Assembly: GCA_023819375.1 (NCBI GenBank)
Contig: JAMWDI010000004.1
Span: forward strand, 130,190-194,189
Direction of reading: 5' to 3'
Length of the DNA: 64,000 nt
Source of the DNA: Candidatus Omnitrophota bacterium
Lineage (GTDB): Bacteria; Ratteibacteria; UBA8468; B48-G9; JAFGKM01
Shown: positions 50,761 to 62,007 of the stretch, piece by piece
Layout of the letters: each line of letters opens with the position of its first letter
Numbering within the stretch: position 1 is the stretch's first letter
The notes under the pieces: generated by a model
Database searches by the model: none
What the model was told of the DNA's origin: nothing
What the model saw: the letters and a program-made list of their open reading frames with translations, nothing else
Translations under genes and position numbers: made by a program

Positions 50761-51774
50761 TTAAAACCTTTGTGATGTAAACATTTCTACTATTGTAATT
50801 ATGTTTTCAAGTGGAGTTTCAGGTCTTATAGGTTTTGCACATCCAAGAATATAACCCCCACCTTTTCCCATTTCTTTACATAACCTTTCTATTTCTTTTT
50901 TTAGTTGTTCTGGTTTTCCAAAAGGTATTATACTCTGACTTCCAAGTCCTCCCCAGAAAGTAATTTTATCTCCATATCTTCTTTTTAAATTATAAGGGTT
51001 CATATTCCTTGCTTCTGGTTGTACAGATTGTAAAACATCAAGACCAATTTCAACAATATCATCCATAATGTCATAAATAGAACCGCAACAGTGGCTTAAA
51101 ACAACTTTTCCACTTTTTTTAACCTTTTCATATAATTTTGCAACTTTTCCCTTTATAAACTTTCTCCATCTTTCAGGCCCAAGTATAACTCCTCTTTGAT
51201 CCCCCCAGTCATCTGAAAACATAACTCCATCAATTGGTAATTCAAGACAGATGTCAAGAAAACTGTTTTGTAATTTGTAAATTTTATTCAACAGTTCTTC
51301 ATAAAAATCTGGTTTTGTAACTGACCAGATTAAAGCGTTTTCAAAACCGCAAATTGTCCATGTTCTTTCAAATAATCCAAATCCAATTCTTGCTACAATA
51401 AATTTATCTTTATTTTCTTCTATAAATCTTTTAACTTCACAAATTCTTTCTTCTTCAATAAATTCTTCTATATCAGGGAATCTATAATTTTTAAAATCAG
51501 GTTGGGTTAATCCTGGTTTTTCAAGATGCATTGGTTTTAAATCTATCCTCCATATACTTCCATAAATATCAATAACATAATTTTTGTCCATCTCTTTCCT
51601 TTTTTCAGTATCAATTGGGCTTACACTTAAAATATAATTCTTTATTTTCTCTTTCCAAATATCATAAAATTTCTTATATTTCTCAATTGTTTCTTCTTCA
51701 AAATCAATAGTATAAGGAATAAAATCTGTTTGCTTATGATTAATCACTTCATAGACAAGTTCTTTCTGAGTCAT
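50761..51774 (-). CDS. Uroporphyrinogen-decarboxylase (URO-D)-family protein, MtaA/MtbA-like methyltransferase fold
   Basis: VMFSDDWGDQRG ... FWGGLGSQSIIPFG. Confidence 0.5.
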   Translation of the reverse strand: MTQKELVYEVINHKQTDFIPYTIDFEEETIEKYKKFYDIWKEKIKNYILSVSPIDTEKRKEMDKNYVIDIYGSIWRIDLKPMHLEKPGLTQPDFKNYRFPDIEEFIEEERICEVKRFIEENKDKFIVARIGFGLFERTWTICGFENALIWSVTKPDFYEELLNKIYKLQNSFLDICLELPIDGVMFSDDWGDQRGVILGPERWRKFIKGKVAKLYEKVKKSGKVVLSHCCGSIYDIMDDIVEIGLDVLQSVQPEARNMNPYNLKRRYGDKITFWGGLGSQSIIPFGKPEQLKKEIERLCKEMGKGGGYILGCAKPIRPETPLENIITIVEMFTSQRF

Positions 51775-51776
51775 TT

Positions 51777-53954
51777 TTACAAATCAAGAAAATGGAAGAC
51801 TTTTTCTAAACTAAAAGTAAATTTTCCATCTATAGTTTTCCCTATTTTTGCATTTTTACAATAAATACATTTTAACCTTTCTTCTGCTTTTATTTTAAAT
51901 TTTATGGATTTATCTTTCTTTTCACATTCTATATCAAAAGGTATATCTCTTAAAGTAATATTTCTAATTTCAAAATTTTTAAGTTCAGAATACCAAAATG
52001 GAGCAAAAAATATTATATTATTTCTCCCATCTATCTGTATTCCACAAACTCTTCTTATTAAAATATCGTTAAAAATACCACCCCATCCATAATTAAAAAT
52101 ATTATGTGTTGAATAGGGAAAACCAGTAAAAGGATTGTAATTTTCATAACAGTTTGGTTCTCCTGTGGCAATACATAAATTTATCGTTTTTTCAATCAAT
52201 TCTTTGCCTGTTTCTAAAAAATTATTTCTTATAAGTGATTCAATAATCAACCAGTTTATATTTGGCCAAACCCTTCCGTTCCAGTAACTTTGATATTCGT
52301 CAAGAGAGTTAAAATAAGGATCATCAAGAGAAAGAGTTGGAATAGGATAATTTGTCCAGAATTCTTTTGGATTTAAAAGGTGTTTCAAAATTTTCTTTTT
52401 TTTATTTTCATCAGGAATAAAACCAAGCATCGGGATCATTCCGCCTGGTGTTTTAACAAAGATTTTTTCTTCATCTATATACATATCTAAATAAAGCCCT
52501 ATATTTTCATCCCACATTTTTTCTATTTCTTTTTTTAATACTTTTTCTCTTTTTTCATATTCTTTCAAAATATCTTCGCAATTTAATTCCTTTGCCATTT
52601 TCTTTATTAAATATCTGCCAAGATAAATATATAAATTAAAATCTGGTGAAAAAATGTATCTATTTTCTTTAATAAGTGGAGAATTTCTCTGAATAAATGG
52701 TGGTTCTGGAATGTATCTTCTTGAATTATCCCATCCACTTTCTCCTGGAACTTTTAAATAAACAAGTCCTTTCTCCATTCTGTATTTTTCCAAGTATCTA
52801 TCAAATCTTATAAGTGCAGGTAAGAATTCTTTCAAAATTTCTTTACTTCCTTTTTTTAAATATATATCCCATATTGCAATAGGCAAAATAAATGGTTGAA
52901 CAAGTTCTTTTGTTATAATCTCATCAATCGCAAGAGTAAATGGTAAATGTCCTTCACTTGATTGATTTTGAATTATGTTTCTCAAAGAAGAAATTGAAAT
53001 TTCAGTATTAATATATTTTTCATAAATTGAATGAAAAGCAGAATCCCAGAACCATTGAGGAAGTAGTCTAAATTTTGAAGGACATGTAAATGGATTTTTA
53101 AAATTTCCTTCTTTAAAATCATAGATATTGCTATAAGACACATAATTACAGAAATAATAAATTTTATTTAATTTTAAAGAATTTGAATTAAAATATGGGA
53201 CTTTCTTAATAAAAAACTCATTTAAAAATTTTTTCCTTTCTTCAAAGAAAAATTCAGGGTTTTCTATTGCTTTTTTAACTTTTTTTATTCCTTCATCCTT
53301 ATTTTTGGAATAAGAAACTGCAAAAACAATTTTTTCCCATTCTGCATGAATAGAAAAAAGAGTGGATTTCAGTTTAATTGGTATTTCAAGATAAAATTTA
53401 TCGTTTTCTTTTTTAAGGGTGAAATTTTTGTTAAAAGAAAAGATTTTATAGAAATTTCTATGTACACCATCTTTTTCAAACAGATAAAAAATATTATCAA
53501 TTAAATTAAATTCATAATCAAATTTTTCTTTTTCTACATAATTTTCATCAAAAAACAGATCTTTTTTTTCAAACAAAATTCTCGGAACTATTTCACAAAC
53601 GATTTTAAAATTGCAGTCAACCTCATTTGATAAAAAAATTAAATCTACAAAAACATCATCCCATATAGTCTTTCTTTCCTTTATGTAAGTTCTTCTGTAG
53701 CCTATATATTCCGCTTTAATTTCAAAAGGATTCCATGAATAATTGGTAATATAAACACCTTTTCTTCCTTCTGGAGAAATAATATAAATATTAGCGTCAG
53801 ACCCATCCAGAGGGCTACAATGATCAAAATTTTTACCTTTCCCATCCCATATGTTTAAACTGCCACCACCTAAAAATGAAGTATATGAAGTCAAAAATTT
53901 ATCTGAAATTTCAAATTTATCTTTTCTTTTCAATAGATTTTCAATATCAATCAT
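51777..53954 (-). CDS. (alpha/alpha)6-barrel glycoside hydrolase, GH63/GH37-like, with no signal peptide
   Basis: WFWDSAFHSIY ... GWDNSRRY ... YQSYWNGRVWPNINWLIIESL. N-terminal beta-sandwich. Family resolution is uncertain. Confidence 0.45.
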   Translation of the reverse strand: MIDIENLLKRKDKFEISDKFLTSYTSFLGGGSLNIWDGKGKNFDHCSPLDGSDANIYIISPEGRKGVYITNYSWNPFEIKAEYIGYRRTYIKERKTIWDDVFVDLIFLSNEVDCNFKIVCEIVPRILFEKKDLFFDENYVEKEKFDYEFNLIDNIFYLFEKDGVHRNFYKIFSFNKNFTLKKENDKFYLEIPIKLKSTLFSIHAEWEKIVFAVSYSKNKDEGIKKVKKAIENPEFFFEERKKFLNEFFIKKVPYFNSNSLKLNKIYYFCNYVSYSNIYDFKEGNFKNPFTCPSKFRLLPQWFWDSAFHSIYEKYINTEISISSLRNIIQNQSSEGHLPFTLAIDEIITKELVQPFILPIAIWDIYLKKGSKEILKEFLPALIRFDRYLEKYRMEKGLVYLKVPGESGWDNSRRYIPEPPFIQRNSPLIKENRYIFSPDFNLYIYLGRYLIKKMAKELNCEDILKEYEKREKVLKKEIEKMWDENIGLYLDMYIDEEKIFVKTPGGMIPMLGFIPDENKKKKILKHLLNPKEFWTNYPIPTLSLDDPYFNSLDEYQSYWNGRVWPNINWLIIESLIRNNFLETGKELIEKTINLCIATGEPNCYENYNPFTGFPYSTHNIFNYGWGGIFNDILIRRVCGIQIDGRNNIIFFAPFWYSELKNFEIRNITLRDIPFDIECEKKDKSIKFKIKAEERLKCIYCKNAKIGKTIDGKFTFSLEKVFHFLDL

Positions 53955-54757
53955 ATAATTCCTCCCCTTTTTAATATACTATAACCAACTTCATAAAAAA
54001 ACTTTTCAAGATAATCTTTACAACCAATCCTTTCAAAAAATTTTTTAATATCATTTATATAAGCAGGAATTCTATCATAATAAATATCTGAACCAAATAA
54101 AATTTTCCCTTTTTTTATTATGCTGTTTTCACCAAGAACTTTATTATCTATCCAGAAAATCTCTTTAAAAAATTCATAATTTCGTGAATAAATACATGGC
54201 CCTGACAGATCAAAATAAATATTTGGGTTTACTCTTGCAACTTCAACTGCTTCTTCATACCAAGGATAACCAAGGTGTGCTCCAATTATTATAAGTTTTG
54301 GAAAATTTCTTGAAATTGTTTCAAGATACACAGGTCTCATTCTAGAAGAAGATATGTTTTCTTGCTTGTTTTCTGCAGTTTTTCTTGAAACAATTCCTGT
54401 ATGAAATAAACAAATTAAATTTTCTTTTTCTGCTTTCTCATAAATAGGAAAATATTCTTCATCATCATAATTTTTTAACGGCCCTATAAATTTTAAACCT
54501 TTAAATCCAATTTTTAAAAATTTGTCTATTCTTTCTTTTTTGTCAATTCCAAGACGAAAATGGGCAAAAGGTATAACAAAGGAAGGATATTTTTTATAAA
54601 TTTTAATAACTTCCTCATTTCCCAAAATATATTCCCAATAGTTTCCCTCAATACCAGCCAGAACAATTTTTTCACATTTTATTTTTTTAATAATCTCCTT
54701 TAATTTTTCTTCTACTTTCTCAATTTTATATAAATGTGAATGAATATCTATTATCAT
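53951..54757 (-). CDS. Amidohydrolase-2-family metal-dependent TIM-barrel hydrolase
   Basis: MIIDIHSHLY ... AHLGYPW ... FGSD. Confidence 0.55.
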   Translation of the reverse strand: MIIDIHSHLYKIEKVEEKLKEIIKKIKCEKIVLAGIEGNYWEYILGNEEVIKIYKKYPSFVIPFAHFRLGIDKKERIDKFLKIGFKGLKFIGPLKNYDDEEYFPIYEKAEKENLICLFHTGIVSRKTAENKQENISSSRMRPVYLETISRNFPKLIIIGAHLGYPWYEEAVEVARVNPNIYFDLSGPCIYSRNYEFFKEIFWIDNKVLGENSIIKKGKILFGSDIYYDRIPAYINDIKKFFERIGCKDYLEKFFYEVGYSILKRGGII

Positions 54758-54759
54758 TT

Positions 54760-56136
54760 TTATTTTAGTTTTTTTACTGCTTTTTCCCAGATTTTATTAA
54801 GTTCTTCTGACTGTTTTTCATCTCTTTTAAAGTTATGCTTATTTAAAATTTCAATTGCTTTTTCTCTTGCTTTTTGCCATATTGATTTCTTTCCATTCTT
54901 TTCCCATATGTTGAATGTTTCATTTGAAAATATTTCAGAAACAAATAAATTCCTTTTATAATTTTGAAGTGTTTCAGGATGAGTGAGAAAAGTATTTTCT
55001 TTTAAAATACATTCTTCCATTAATTCTATATTCATTTTATTCTCATCAAATTCAACACCTTCTAACAAACTTAAACAACTTTTTAAAATTTCATACTGAA
55101 TTATTACCTGTTCAATAGAAGCAATTTCATCTATACAACACATTCCTGCCCAACCAAACATTTTAAAGCCCATAAGTAAAGACAATATAACTCCTGCAGA
55201 GGAAAATCCTACTTGTGCATCTCCTGGATATTTTCCCATAGTATTGAAAACTTTTGCCATAATTTCTATTCCGTAAAATTTTCCTATCTGATATAGTAAT
55301 AAATTTAACTTTATAAAATCTGGTCCCCCAAATACTATACTTCCATATTTCATGTCAAATGGATAAACAAATGGAGAAAAATATACTTCATTATTAGGAG
55401 ATAAAATTTTTAAAATTGAGGCCCCTCCTATAACTTCTGCTATACTCTGGGCAATTGAAGAAAAGAAATCAACAGGGGAGGTTGCCCCAATCATAGGCAT
55501 TGTTCCAACCGAAAAAGTTGTTTTTTTATCAAAATATCTTGAAGCATTTTCAATTAAGAATTTATCAAAAGCCATAGGACTTATCATATGCATACCAATT
55601 TCATATTTCCCTTCTATAAGACAAATAATTTCCTGAACTATATCAAAAACATAATTATCACTAAAAATGCCAGCCCCATATATTCTATCTGAAACATCAA
55701 GGCAAAACTTATAAGTTGCAATTTCTGCTAATTTTTGGGGTAAATCTGATGGAAATACAAGAGCACAACCATAAGCACCAAGAGTATGAGCAATTTTTGT
55801 AAAAATAATTAAATCATTTAAAGTTGGCTTCCTTATCTCACCTGTATATAGGTCATAACATCTTAATGAATATCCAGAAACGTAAAATTTAATTTCCTTA
55901 TTTTGTTCTTTTTGTTTTTTTGGGAATGGCCCAAATAATTCTTCAATTTTTTCTGGTTTTATGTAAACTCTATTATTCTTTATAAAAATATTTTTATCCT
56001 GTGGTATCATTTTTAAAATATTTTCAGAAGGAATGAGAATTCCAATTTTTTCAATCAATCTTAAGGCAAAATCATGTATTTTTTTTATTTCTTCATCTGT
56101 AAGACCACCTTTTAATTCCCACGTTATCTTTCTCAT
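54760..56136 (-). CDS. MttB-superfamily (trimethylamine / glycine-betaine:corrinoid methyltransferase-like) protein
   Basis: The N-terminus LTDEEIKKIHDFALRLIEKIGI parallels the MttB-family LSEEQIEKIHEASLEILEETGV. About 460 aa is typical for the family. Confidence 0.45.
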   Translation of the reverse strand: MRKITWELKGGLTDEEIKKIHDFALRLIEKIGILIPSENILKMIPQDKNIFIKNNRVYIKPEKIEELFGPFPKKQKEQNKEIKFYVSGYSLRCYDLYTGEIRKPTLNDLIIFTKIAHTLGAYGCALVFPSDLPQKLAEIATYKFCLDVSDRIYGAGIFSDNYVFDIVQEIICLIEGKYEIGMHMISPMAFDKFLIENASRYFDKKTTFSVGTMPMIGATSPVDFFSSIAQSIAEVIGGASILKILSPNNEVYFSPFVYPFDMKYGSIVFGGPDFIKLNLLLYQIGKFYGIEIMAKVFNTMGKYPGDAQVGFSSAGVILSLLMGFKMFGWAGMCCIDEIASIEQVIIQYEILKSCLSLLEGVEFDENKMNIELMEECILKENTFLTHPETLQNYKRNLFVSEIFSNETFNIWEKNGKKSIWQKAREKAIEILNKHNFKRDEKQSEELNKIWEKAVKKLK

Positions 56137-56960
56137 TTTTTAAATGTTCCCAAAATTATATCAACTTTAATTGAAATTAAATAAATATCTTCTACAGGAT
56201 AAAAAATATGAGGGTTTTTTTCAACTATTAAATATCCTGAATAATTTATTTCATTAAGTGTTTTTTTAAATTTTGCCCAGTCAACGTCTCCATCTAAAAT
56301 TGGAACAAAAATATTTTCTTTTTCTTTAAAATCTTTTAAATGTATTTGAATAATATAATCCTTAAGAATTCTTAACCAACTATCTGGATATCCATAGCCG
56401 ATAACATTTCCTGTATCAAAATAGATTTTAATATATTGACTTCCAACCTTTTCTATAAAATCTAAAAAACTCAAAGGTGTCAATAAAAATTTATTTCTTA
56501 CATTTTCAATTCCAATATAGATTTTATATTCTTCAGCAATTTTAGAAATTTCTCTAAAAAAATTCAAAGCATTTTGATAACCGGTTAAATAATCAATATT
56601 TTCATTTATCCATCCTTCACATATAAGAACAACTTTGCAGTCCAATTCTTTTGCAATTTCAATACTTTTTTCAGTAAGTTTTAACAATCTTTTTCTTTTG
56701 TTTAAAGAAGTAGTTGGTAACAATCTGTAAGTTTCAACACATAATAAAGAAGGAATTTCTAATTTAAAATTTTTTGCTATATCTTTAATCTCTTTAATAA
56801 AACTCTTTGATGACTTAATATTTAATCTCCCACCTTCACTAAAGAAGTTTAATTCTATTCCATAAAATCCTGCTTTTTTTCCTATATCAAATATTTTCTC
56901 GTAGTTAAGTTTTTCTGGAAATGCACTTTCATTTATTCCTTTTTTAATATTCATCTGCAT
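56133..56960 (-). CDS. Sugar-phosphate isomerase/epimerase (xylose-isomerase-like TIM barrel)
   Basis: KKAGFYGIELNF ... IGIENV ... FDTGN. Confidence 0.55.
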   Translation of the reverse strand: MQMNIKKGINESAFPEKLNYEKIFDIGKKAGFYGIELNFFSEGGRLNIKSSKSFIKEIKDIAKNFKLEIPSLLCVETYRLLPTTSLNKRKRLLKLTEKSIEIAKELDCKVVLICEGWINENIDYLTGYQNALNFFREISKIAEEYKIYIGIENVRNKFLLTPLSFLDFIEKVGSQYIKIYFDTGNVIGYGYPDSWLRILKDYIIQIHLKDFKEKENIFVPILDGDVDWAKFKKTLNEINYSGYLIVEKNPHIFYPVEDIYLISIKVDIILGTFKK

Positions 56961-58314
56961 TTCCTACAAGTTTTTGAACATTGTAAGGAAGTTTATTTAA
57001 TTCTTCAACTTTTTTTCCAAATTTTCCACAAGTATTCTCTATAACCACAAAATCCATATCAGGTATAATAACATCATTCCAATAATCCCCAATTCCTCTT
57101 ACTGCTACATCAAGCATTATAACTATTTGATTACCAAGAGGTTGTGTTGAATTCAATGTTATTGCTCCATAAAATTCCTGACACTCAGTATATCCTGCAT
57201 TATGAGTTCCTGTATATGGTTTCAATTTTTCAAGTTCAATTTTTTTACCATAAATTTTACTTACTTCATCTGATTTTGATCTGAAAAAGTCTACAAGTGC
57301 CTTTTCCTGTAAATATGCAGGTAAATTTTCTTCACTTATTTTTTTCAACCAGAAAAGCCCTACTTTATATGCTTCTTCAATAAAACTAAACCAATATTTC
57401 TGATTTTCAGTTAATTTTTTTGGATTTTTAACTGCAATGACAGACCTTCTCACACAACTATTTAAACCATCTCTTTTTGGAGCAACTCCAAGATGAACAT
57501 AGTCACCCTCATTTATAACTCTATTTAATGCCTTTCCTATTAAAGTTCTATTTGCTGTGTTGGCTCCAACCATTATGTCCCACCCAAATTCTTCTGCACC
57601 AAGTTCTTTTGCAACAAGATATCCCCATCCTGCAACCTGAGTTTCAAGCATTCCAGGTTTTAAAACTGCAAGCATACATCTTAAAACAGTATCTCCAATC
57701 ATACAGGAATCTCTGATAAGCCGCATTTCATTATCACTTTTTTCATATTTAATTTTGTAATAAATTTCCTGTGCATCAACAACATTTTCTTTCCCATAAA
57801 CTTTTTCAAGATATTCAACAATACTTGCAGGAATGACTTGGCGAGGTGTTAAAAGAGCAATTGTTTTTGCCTTTCCATTGTTTGCCTCTTCAATAACATC
57901 TTCAATTTTTTCTGCTTTAATAGGATACTCTTCATCTGCAAGTTTTAGCATTTCAACTTTATGAACTTTTGCTTTTGCTCTTTCTGCAAGTTGTTCTGCA
58001 ATATAACCACCTTCAAGTCCAGCAATTATATGAAAACCTGTTTTTCCAATTACTCCTGCAACCTGTTCAATTTGTATGTTTGTATTTCCACCAAGATATG
58101 CAACGTCTCCATCATAATGTTCGTCAGAAAAAACAAATCCAACATCAAATCCATTTTCACTTAAAGCATTATAAACCTTTTTTTGCCTTTCTATAAACTC
58201 TTCTGTTGGTATTGAAAAAAATTTATCAATTGTTGGACAGTTTGAGAGAATTTTTTCAATTAATTTAAATTCTTTTTTAAATTCTTTTATTCTTATTTCA
58301 CCGATACCCTTCAT
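56944..58314 (-). CDS. M24-family metallopeptidase (Xaa-Pro aminopeptidase/creatinase-like) with N-terminal creatinase-type domain
   Basis: DSCMIGDTVL ... DYVHLGVAPKRDGLNSCVRRSVIAV is the pita-bread fold. Confidence 0.55.
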   Translation of the reverse strand: MKGIGEIRIKEFKKEFKLIEKILSNCPTIDKFFSIPTEEFIERQKKVYNALSENGFDVGFVFSDEHYDGDVAYLGGNTNIQIEQVAGVIGKTGFHIIAGLEGGYIAEQLAERAKAKVHKVEMLKLADEEYPIKAEKIEDVIEEANNGKAKTIALLTPRQVIPASIVEYLEKVYGKENVVDAQEIYYKIKYEKSDNEMRLIRDSCMIGDTVLRCMLAVLKPGMLETQVAGWGYLVAKELGAEEFGWDIMVGANTANRTLIGKALNRVINEGDYVHLGVAPKRDGLNSCVRRSVIAVKNPKKLTENQKYWFSFIEEAYKVGLFWLKKISEENLPAYLQEKALVDFFRSKSDEVSKIYGKKIELEKLKPYTGTHNAGYTECQEFYGAITLNSTQPLGNQIVIMLDVAVRGIGDYWNDVIIPDMDFVVIENTCGKFGKKVEELNKLPYNVQKLVGNADEY

Positions 58315-59303
58315 TTCTCCTCCTTTTTTCTATAAACTTCCTGGAGTATTTTAACTGATTTTATATTCTCCTCAATAGTTATACCTTTTACTTCCTCATC
58401 AAAATTCCCCTCTATTGCTTTTTTAAATTTATCAAGAGTCCATAGAAGAGAATCCTTAAATTCTTCCTTAGGAATATTTAAATATTCAATTCTATCTGAT
58501 TCTACTGGAGAATTTTTTCCATAAACGTAAAAAACTTTTCCATCTCTCAAATAGAGGACTCCATTTTCACCCTCTATCGTCCAGTAACCGGTCCAATCAG
58601 TTTGAATTCCTTTGCCTATCCACGTTGCATAATAATCAATAAAAATATCATCAAAAATCATATTTATAGAAACACACGCATTTCCCTTATAAGGACTATA
58701 TGAGGGATTAAATGAGTAAAATGATATTACTTTTTTTATCTCCTTTTCAAGAACATATCTTAAATCATCAAAATGGTGTATACTCATGTCATCCAAAACA
58801 GGCTCTTTTATCTCTTCTCTCCAATCATATGTTCTCATAATTCTTGAAAAATATATTGAAACATATGAAATTTTGCCCAATCTACCACTTTTTATAATCT
58901 CTCTCATAACTTTTAATTGTGGTGTACTTCTTTGATTCTGATTAACTAAAAAGACTACATTTTTTTCATTCTTTAATTTTAAAATCTCGGGTATTTCTTC
59001 AAAATTTAAAGTAAGTGGCTTTTCACATAAAATATTCATATTTTTAGATATTGCTTCCTTTGCAATCTTTAAATGGGTATCTGGAGGAGTAACAATAATG
59101 CATCCATCAATTTTTTCTTTTATTTCATTAAGTTCAGAATAAATAGGGAAATTTCTATATTTTTCATTATCTCTTAATTCTTTCCTTACTTTTTCAGATA
59201 CTTCAACAATACCTCCTATTTCCCAATCTTTCTCTTCAATAATATAATCAATCCACCTTCTTCCAAGTTTACCGGCACCAACAATAACAACTTTTTTTCT
59301 CAT
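58311..59303 (-). CDS. Gfo/Idh/MocA-family oxidoreductase
   Basis: MRKKVVIVGAGKLGRRWIDYI ... EKPLTLN. Confidence 0.65.
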   Translation of the reverse strand: MRKKVVIVGAGKLGRRWIDYIIEEKDWEIGGIVEVSEKVRKELRDNEKYRNFPIYSELNEIKEKIDGCIIVTPPDTHLKIAKEAISKNMNILCEKPLTLNFEEIPEILKLKNEKNVVFLVNQNQRSTPQLKVMREIIKSGRLGKISYVSIYFSRIMRTYDWREEIKEPVLDDMSIHHFDDLRYVLEKEIKKVISFYSFNPSYSPYKGNACVSINMIFDDIFIDYYATWIGKGIQTDWTGYWTIEGENGVLYLRDGKVFYVYGKNSPVESDRIEYLNIPKEEFKDSLLWTLDKFKKAIEGNFDEEVKGITIEENIKSVKILQEVYRKKEEK

Positions 59304-61180
59304 TCTTTCACCTCTTCTTTTGCTCTCTTAATACTATTAAAGAAACTTTCAGGTTTACCTTCAAGTAAATTTGGAACAAAGGGTTTAATTTCTCCTTTTT
59401 TTATTTTCTCTTCCATTTCCTCTCTTTTCTTTTTATCCATCCAATAATATTCATACCAACCATATCCAGGTGTATAACTTTGCCAATAAATCCAAACATA
59501 GTCAGAATAACTTTCTCTTAAAAGTGGAATAAGTTTTTCGTACATACCACCGTCTTCTCTTTCTCTGCCTGGTGCTTCATATGTATTTGCTCTTCCACCA
59601 ACTCCACTATTTAAAAATAATTTTTCAGGTTCAACCTTTATATCAAAATTTTCCTTTAAAAATGGCATAACTTCAACAAAAAACTTTGTATTGTAGTAAG
59701 GTCCTTTAATTGTATCTCCTATATGTGGTGAATATTCTCCATCTATAATCTTTGTCTTTCCTTTACTTCCAGAAATCATCCCTGAGAGAAAAGAATAGAA
59801 TAATCTATGTTTCATATCAGGATATAAATAACCAGGAGAAACAGATGATTTTTCTAAATTTCCCCAATGACATTGAAAAATACTTCTTCCAAGTCCAACC
59901 ATTCTTGAACCATCAACACTTATAACAACTATATCTGGTTTTTCTTCTTGTAAAATTTCAATAATTTCTTTACCCTTTTCAAAGGCTCTTTTTGCGCAAT
60001 CTTCAAAATTATATTTTTCTTTATAATATCCATGATAAGTAAAAATATGTGTTTTTTTACCAGGTGTTTCACAGTCAAGAAATATTCCTTTACAGTTTGT
60101 TTCTTTTACAATTTTACCTATTATTCTGAAATTTTCTTTAATTATTTCCCATATTTTTTCGTCAAATAACCAATCAACATTCTCTTCATTTCTTAAATAA
60201 GCACTAACCCATAAAAAATTATCCTTCCATCTTTCAAATTTCAAATTTTTCAGTATATCAATCTGTGGTTTTAATTTTTCATAATCAATTTTAACTGTAT
60301 AAGAAAATGGCCAGAAACCACCATAAGGACAGATATTATCAATATTATCAAATCCTATTGTAATTCCATCAAAATAAAAATACTGTTCTTCAAGTTCTTT
60401 TAATCTTTCTTTCAATTGAGATACTGAAATTCTTCCCCATCCACTTTGAATTAACTTAGGATAAGTTACTGGTGGATAAACAAATGAAATTTTTTCAATA
60501 TTATCTTTATATTTTAAAGAAAAGAAACTATCTTTTTTTACTTCCTTTTTTATTAAAATTAAATTCCACCCCTTATTTATTTTAAATTTAAATTCGTCTT
60601 TCCCTTCAATTAATTCTCCATTTACAAAAAATTTAATCTCATTATCTGAACTTATAAAAAAGTTGCTTTCCTTTTCATCTGATGAAAATAACCAGAAAGA
60701 AAGATAATAAACACCTTCTTCAAATCCTTCAAATTTTAATATATCTAAAGTTGAACCAAAAAATTTCCACTCAGGTAAAGATGGTTTTATTTCTTTTTCA
60801 TTCAACTTCTTTTTCGCAGGCCCTTTTATTAAAAAAGTTCTTAAATATTTCTCTGTCTTTACTTCTCTTATTTCTGATTTTGCTTTTTCTCCTTCTATTG
60901 TTTGTGATTCAACATAAAAATAAATAGTAAAATCTGAAGGAAGATATGAAATTTCAAATTTGTGTTTTTTTCTCAAGTTTTTATCAATTAAAAATGCACA
61001 ATATTGTGAATTAAGCAATGACTTAAATGGACTATAAAATAATCTTGAATCTGCTTCTTTATCTGTTTCCCATTCAATTGTTACTGAAAAGGAATTTGAA
61101 TATGTTTTAAGATTTAAAATTTCTAATCCTTTGCAACTTAAAAAAGAAAAAATATAAATAATAATAAAATATCTTCTCAT
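59300..61180 (-). CDS. Secreted hypothetical protein: N-terminal beta-sandwich, C-terminal glycoside-hydrolase-like domain
   Basis: Signal peptide MRRYFIIIYIFSFLSC. I recognise no family. Confidence 0.45.
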   Translation of the reverse strand: MRRYFIIIYIFSFLSCKGLEILNLKTYSNSFSVTIEWETDKEADSRLFYSPFKSLLNSQYCAFLIDKNLRKKHKFEISYLPSDFTIYFYVESQTIEGEKAKSEIREVKTEKYLRTFLIKGPAKKKLNEKEIKPSLPEWKFFGSTLDILKFEGFEEGVYYLSFWLFSSDEKESNFFISSDNEIKFFVNGELIEGKDEFKFKINKGWNLILIKKEVKKDSFFSLKYKDNIEKISFVYPPVTYPKLIQSGWGRISVSQLKERLKELEEQYFYFDGITIGFDNIDNICPYGGFWPFSYTVKIDYEKLKPQIDILKNLKFERWKDNFLWVSAYLRNEENVDWLFDEKIWEIIKENFRIIGKIVKETNCKGIFLDCETPGKKTHIFTYHGYYKEKYNFEDCAKRAFEKGKEIIEILQEEKPDIVVISVDGSRMVGLGRSIFQCHWGNLEKSSVSPGYLYPDMKHRLFYSFLSGMISGSKGKTKIIDGEYSPHIGDTIKGPYYNTKFFVEVMPFLKENFDIKVEPEKLFLNSGVGGRANTYEAPGREREDGGMYEKLIPLLRESYSDYVWIYWQSYTPGYGWYEYYWMDKKKREEMEEKIKKGEIKPFVPNLLEGKPESFFNSIKRAKEEVKE

Positions 61181-61191
61181 TTTTTATTTTT

Positions 61192-61911
61192 TTATTCATA
61201 AAAAGCACTCCAGACAGCATATTTTACATGAAAAGTACTCCAGTCAATAAGTTTTACACTTCCATCACAGAATAAAACATTATAGCCTATTAAATGAGGT
61301 TGAGGAACTCTTAGTCTTTCTCCATTATAATCATAAAATCCATTACAAGCAGGTGTCATAACCCTTATTCCACCTAAAGCAGAAGCATCTGTTACCGGAA
61401 AACAAACCATATAATAAAAGTTTCTTGGTTTTGTTTCTGTTAAAAGTATTTGTGTTGATGGCTTTTTAATTTTACTTATTTTATAATTACCTGCCCATCT
61501 GCCCTCAAAAAGAGTCATTCCATAATCAGAAAAATAAGTTCTACCACATCCCCAACCTCCTCCCGGATCGTAATTCCATCTATTGAATTTTAAAATTGAT
61601 GGGCATTTTAGTAATTTCGTATCTTTTAAATATCCTCTATCTATAAATCTGTTATACCAAAAAGCCTCTGAATTAGGAGTATTTAAGAAAACAGTTGATT
61701 CAATAAATTTTGGTAAATAATCATCATAATCAATTGTATACATGGCAAAAGCAAGTCCTAATTGTCTTAAATTATTCATACAACTTGCCTGTCTTGCTCT
61801 CTCCCTTGCTTTTGAAAGAGCTGGTAGCAACATTGCAGCAAGGATAGCAATTATCGCAACTACAACAAGTAATTCTATTAATGTAAATCCCTTCCTTTTC
61901 ATATTTCTCAC
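61192..61911 (-). CDS. Prepilin-type DUF1559 (H-x9-DG) protein
   Basis: [38 protein letters not shown] ... [18 protein letters not shown]. Confidence 0.75.
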   Translation of the reverse strand: MRNMKRKGFTLIELLVVVAIIAILAAMLLPALSKARERARQASCMNNLRQLGLAFAMYTIDYDDYLPKFIESTVFLNTPNSEAFWYNRFIDRGYLKDTKLLKCPSILKFNRWNYDPGGGWGCGRTYFSDYGMTLFEGRWAGNYKISKIKKPSTQILLTETKPRNFYYMVCFPVTDASALGGIRVMTPACNGFYDYNGERLRVPQPHLIGYNVLFCDGSVKLIDWSTFHVKYAVWSAFYE

Positions 61912-62007
61912 CTCCCTTCATTTTATATATATTATACATTAGTTTTTATTTTGTCAAATTCTTTCCTCTTTTGAATTCGGAGGACGGGGCTTGTCTTTAT
62001 ATAAAAA

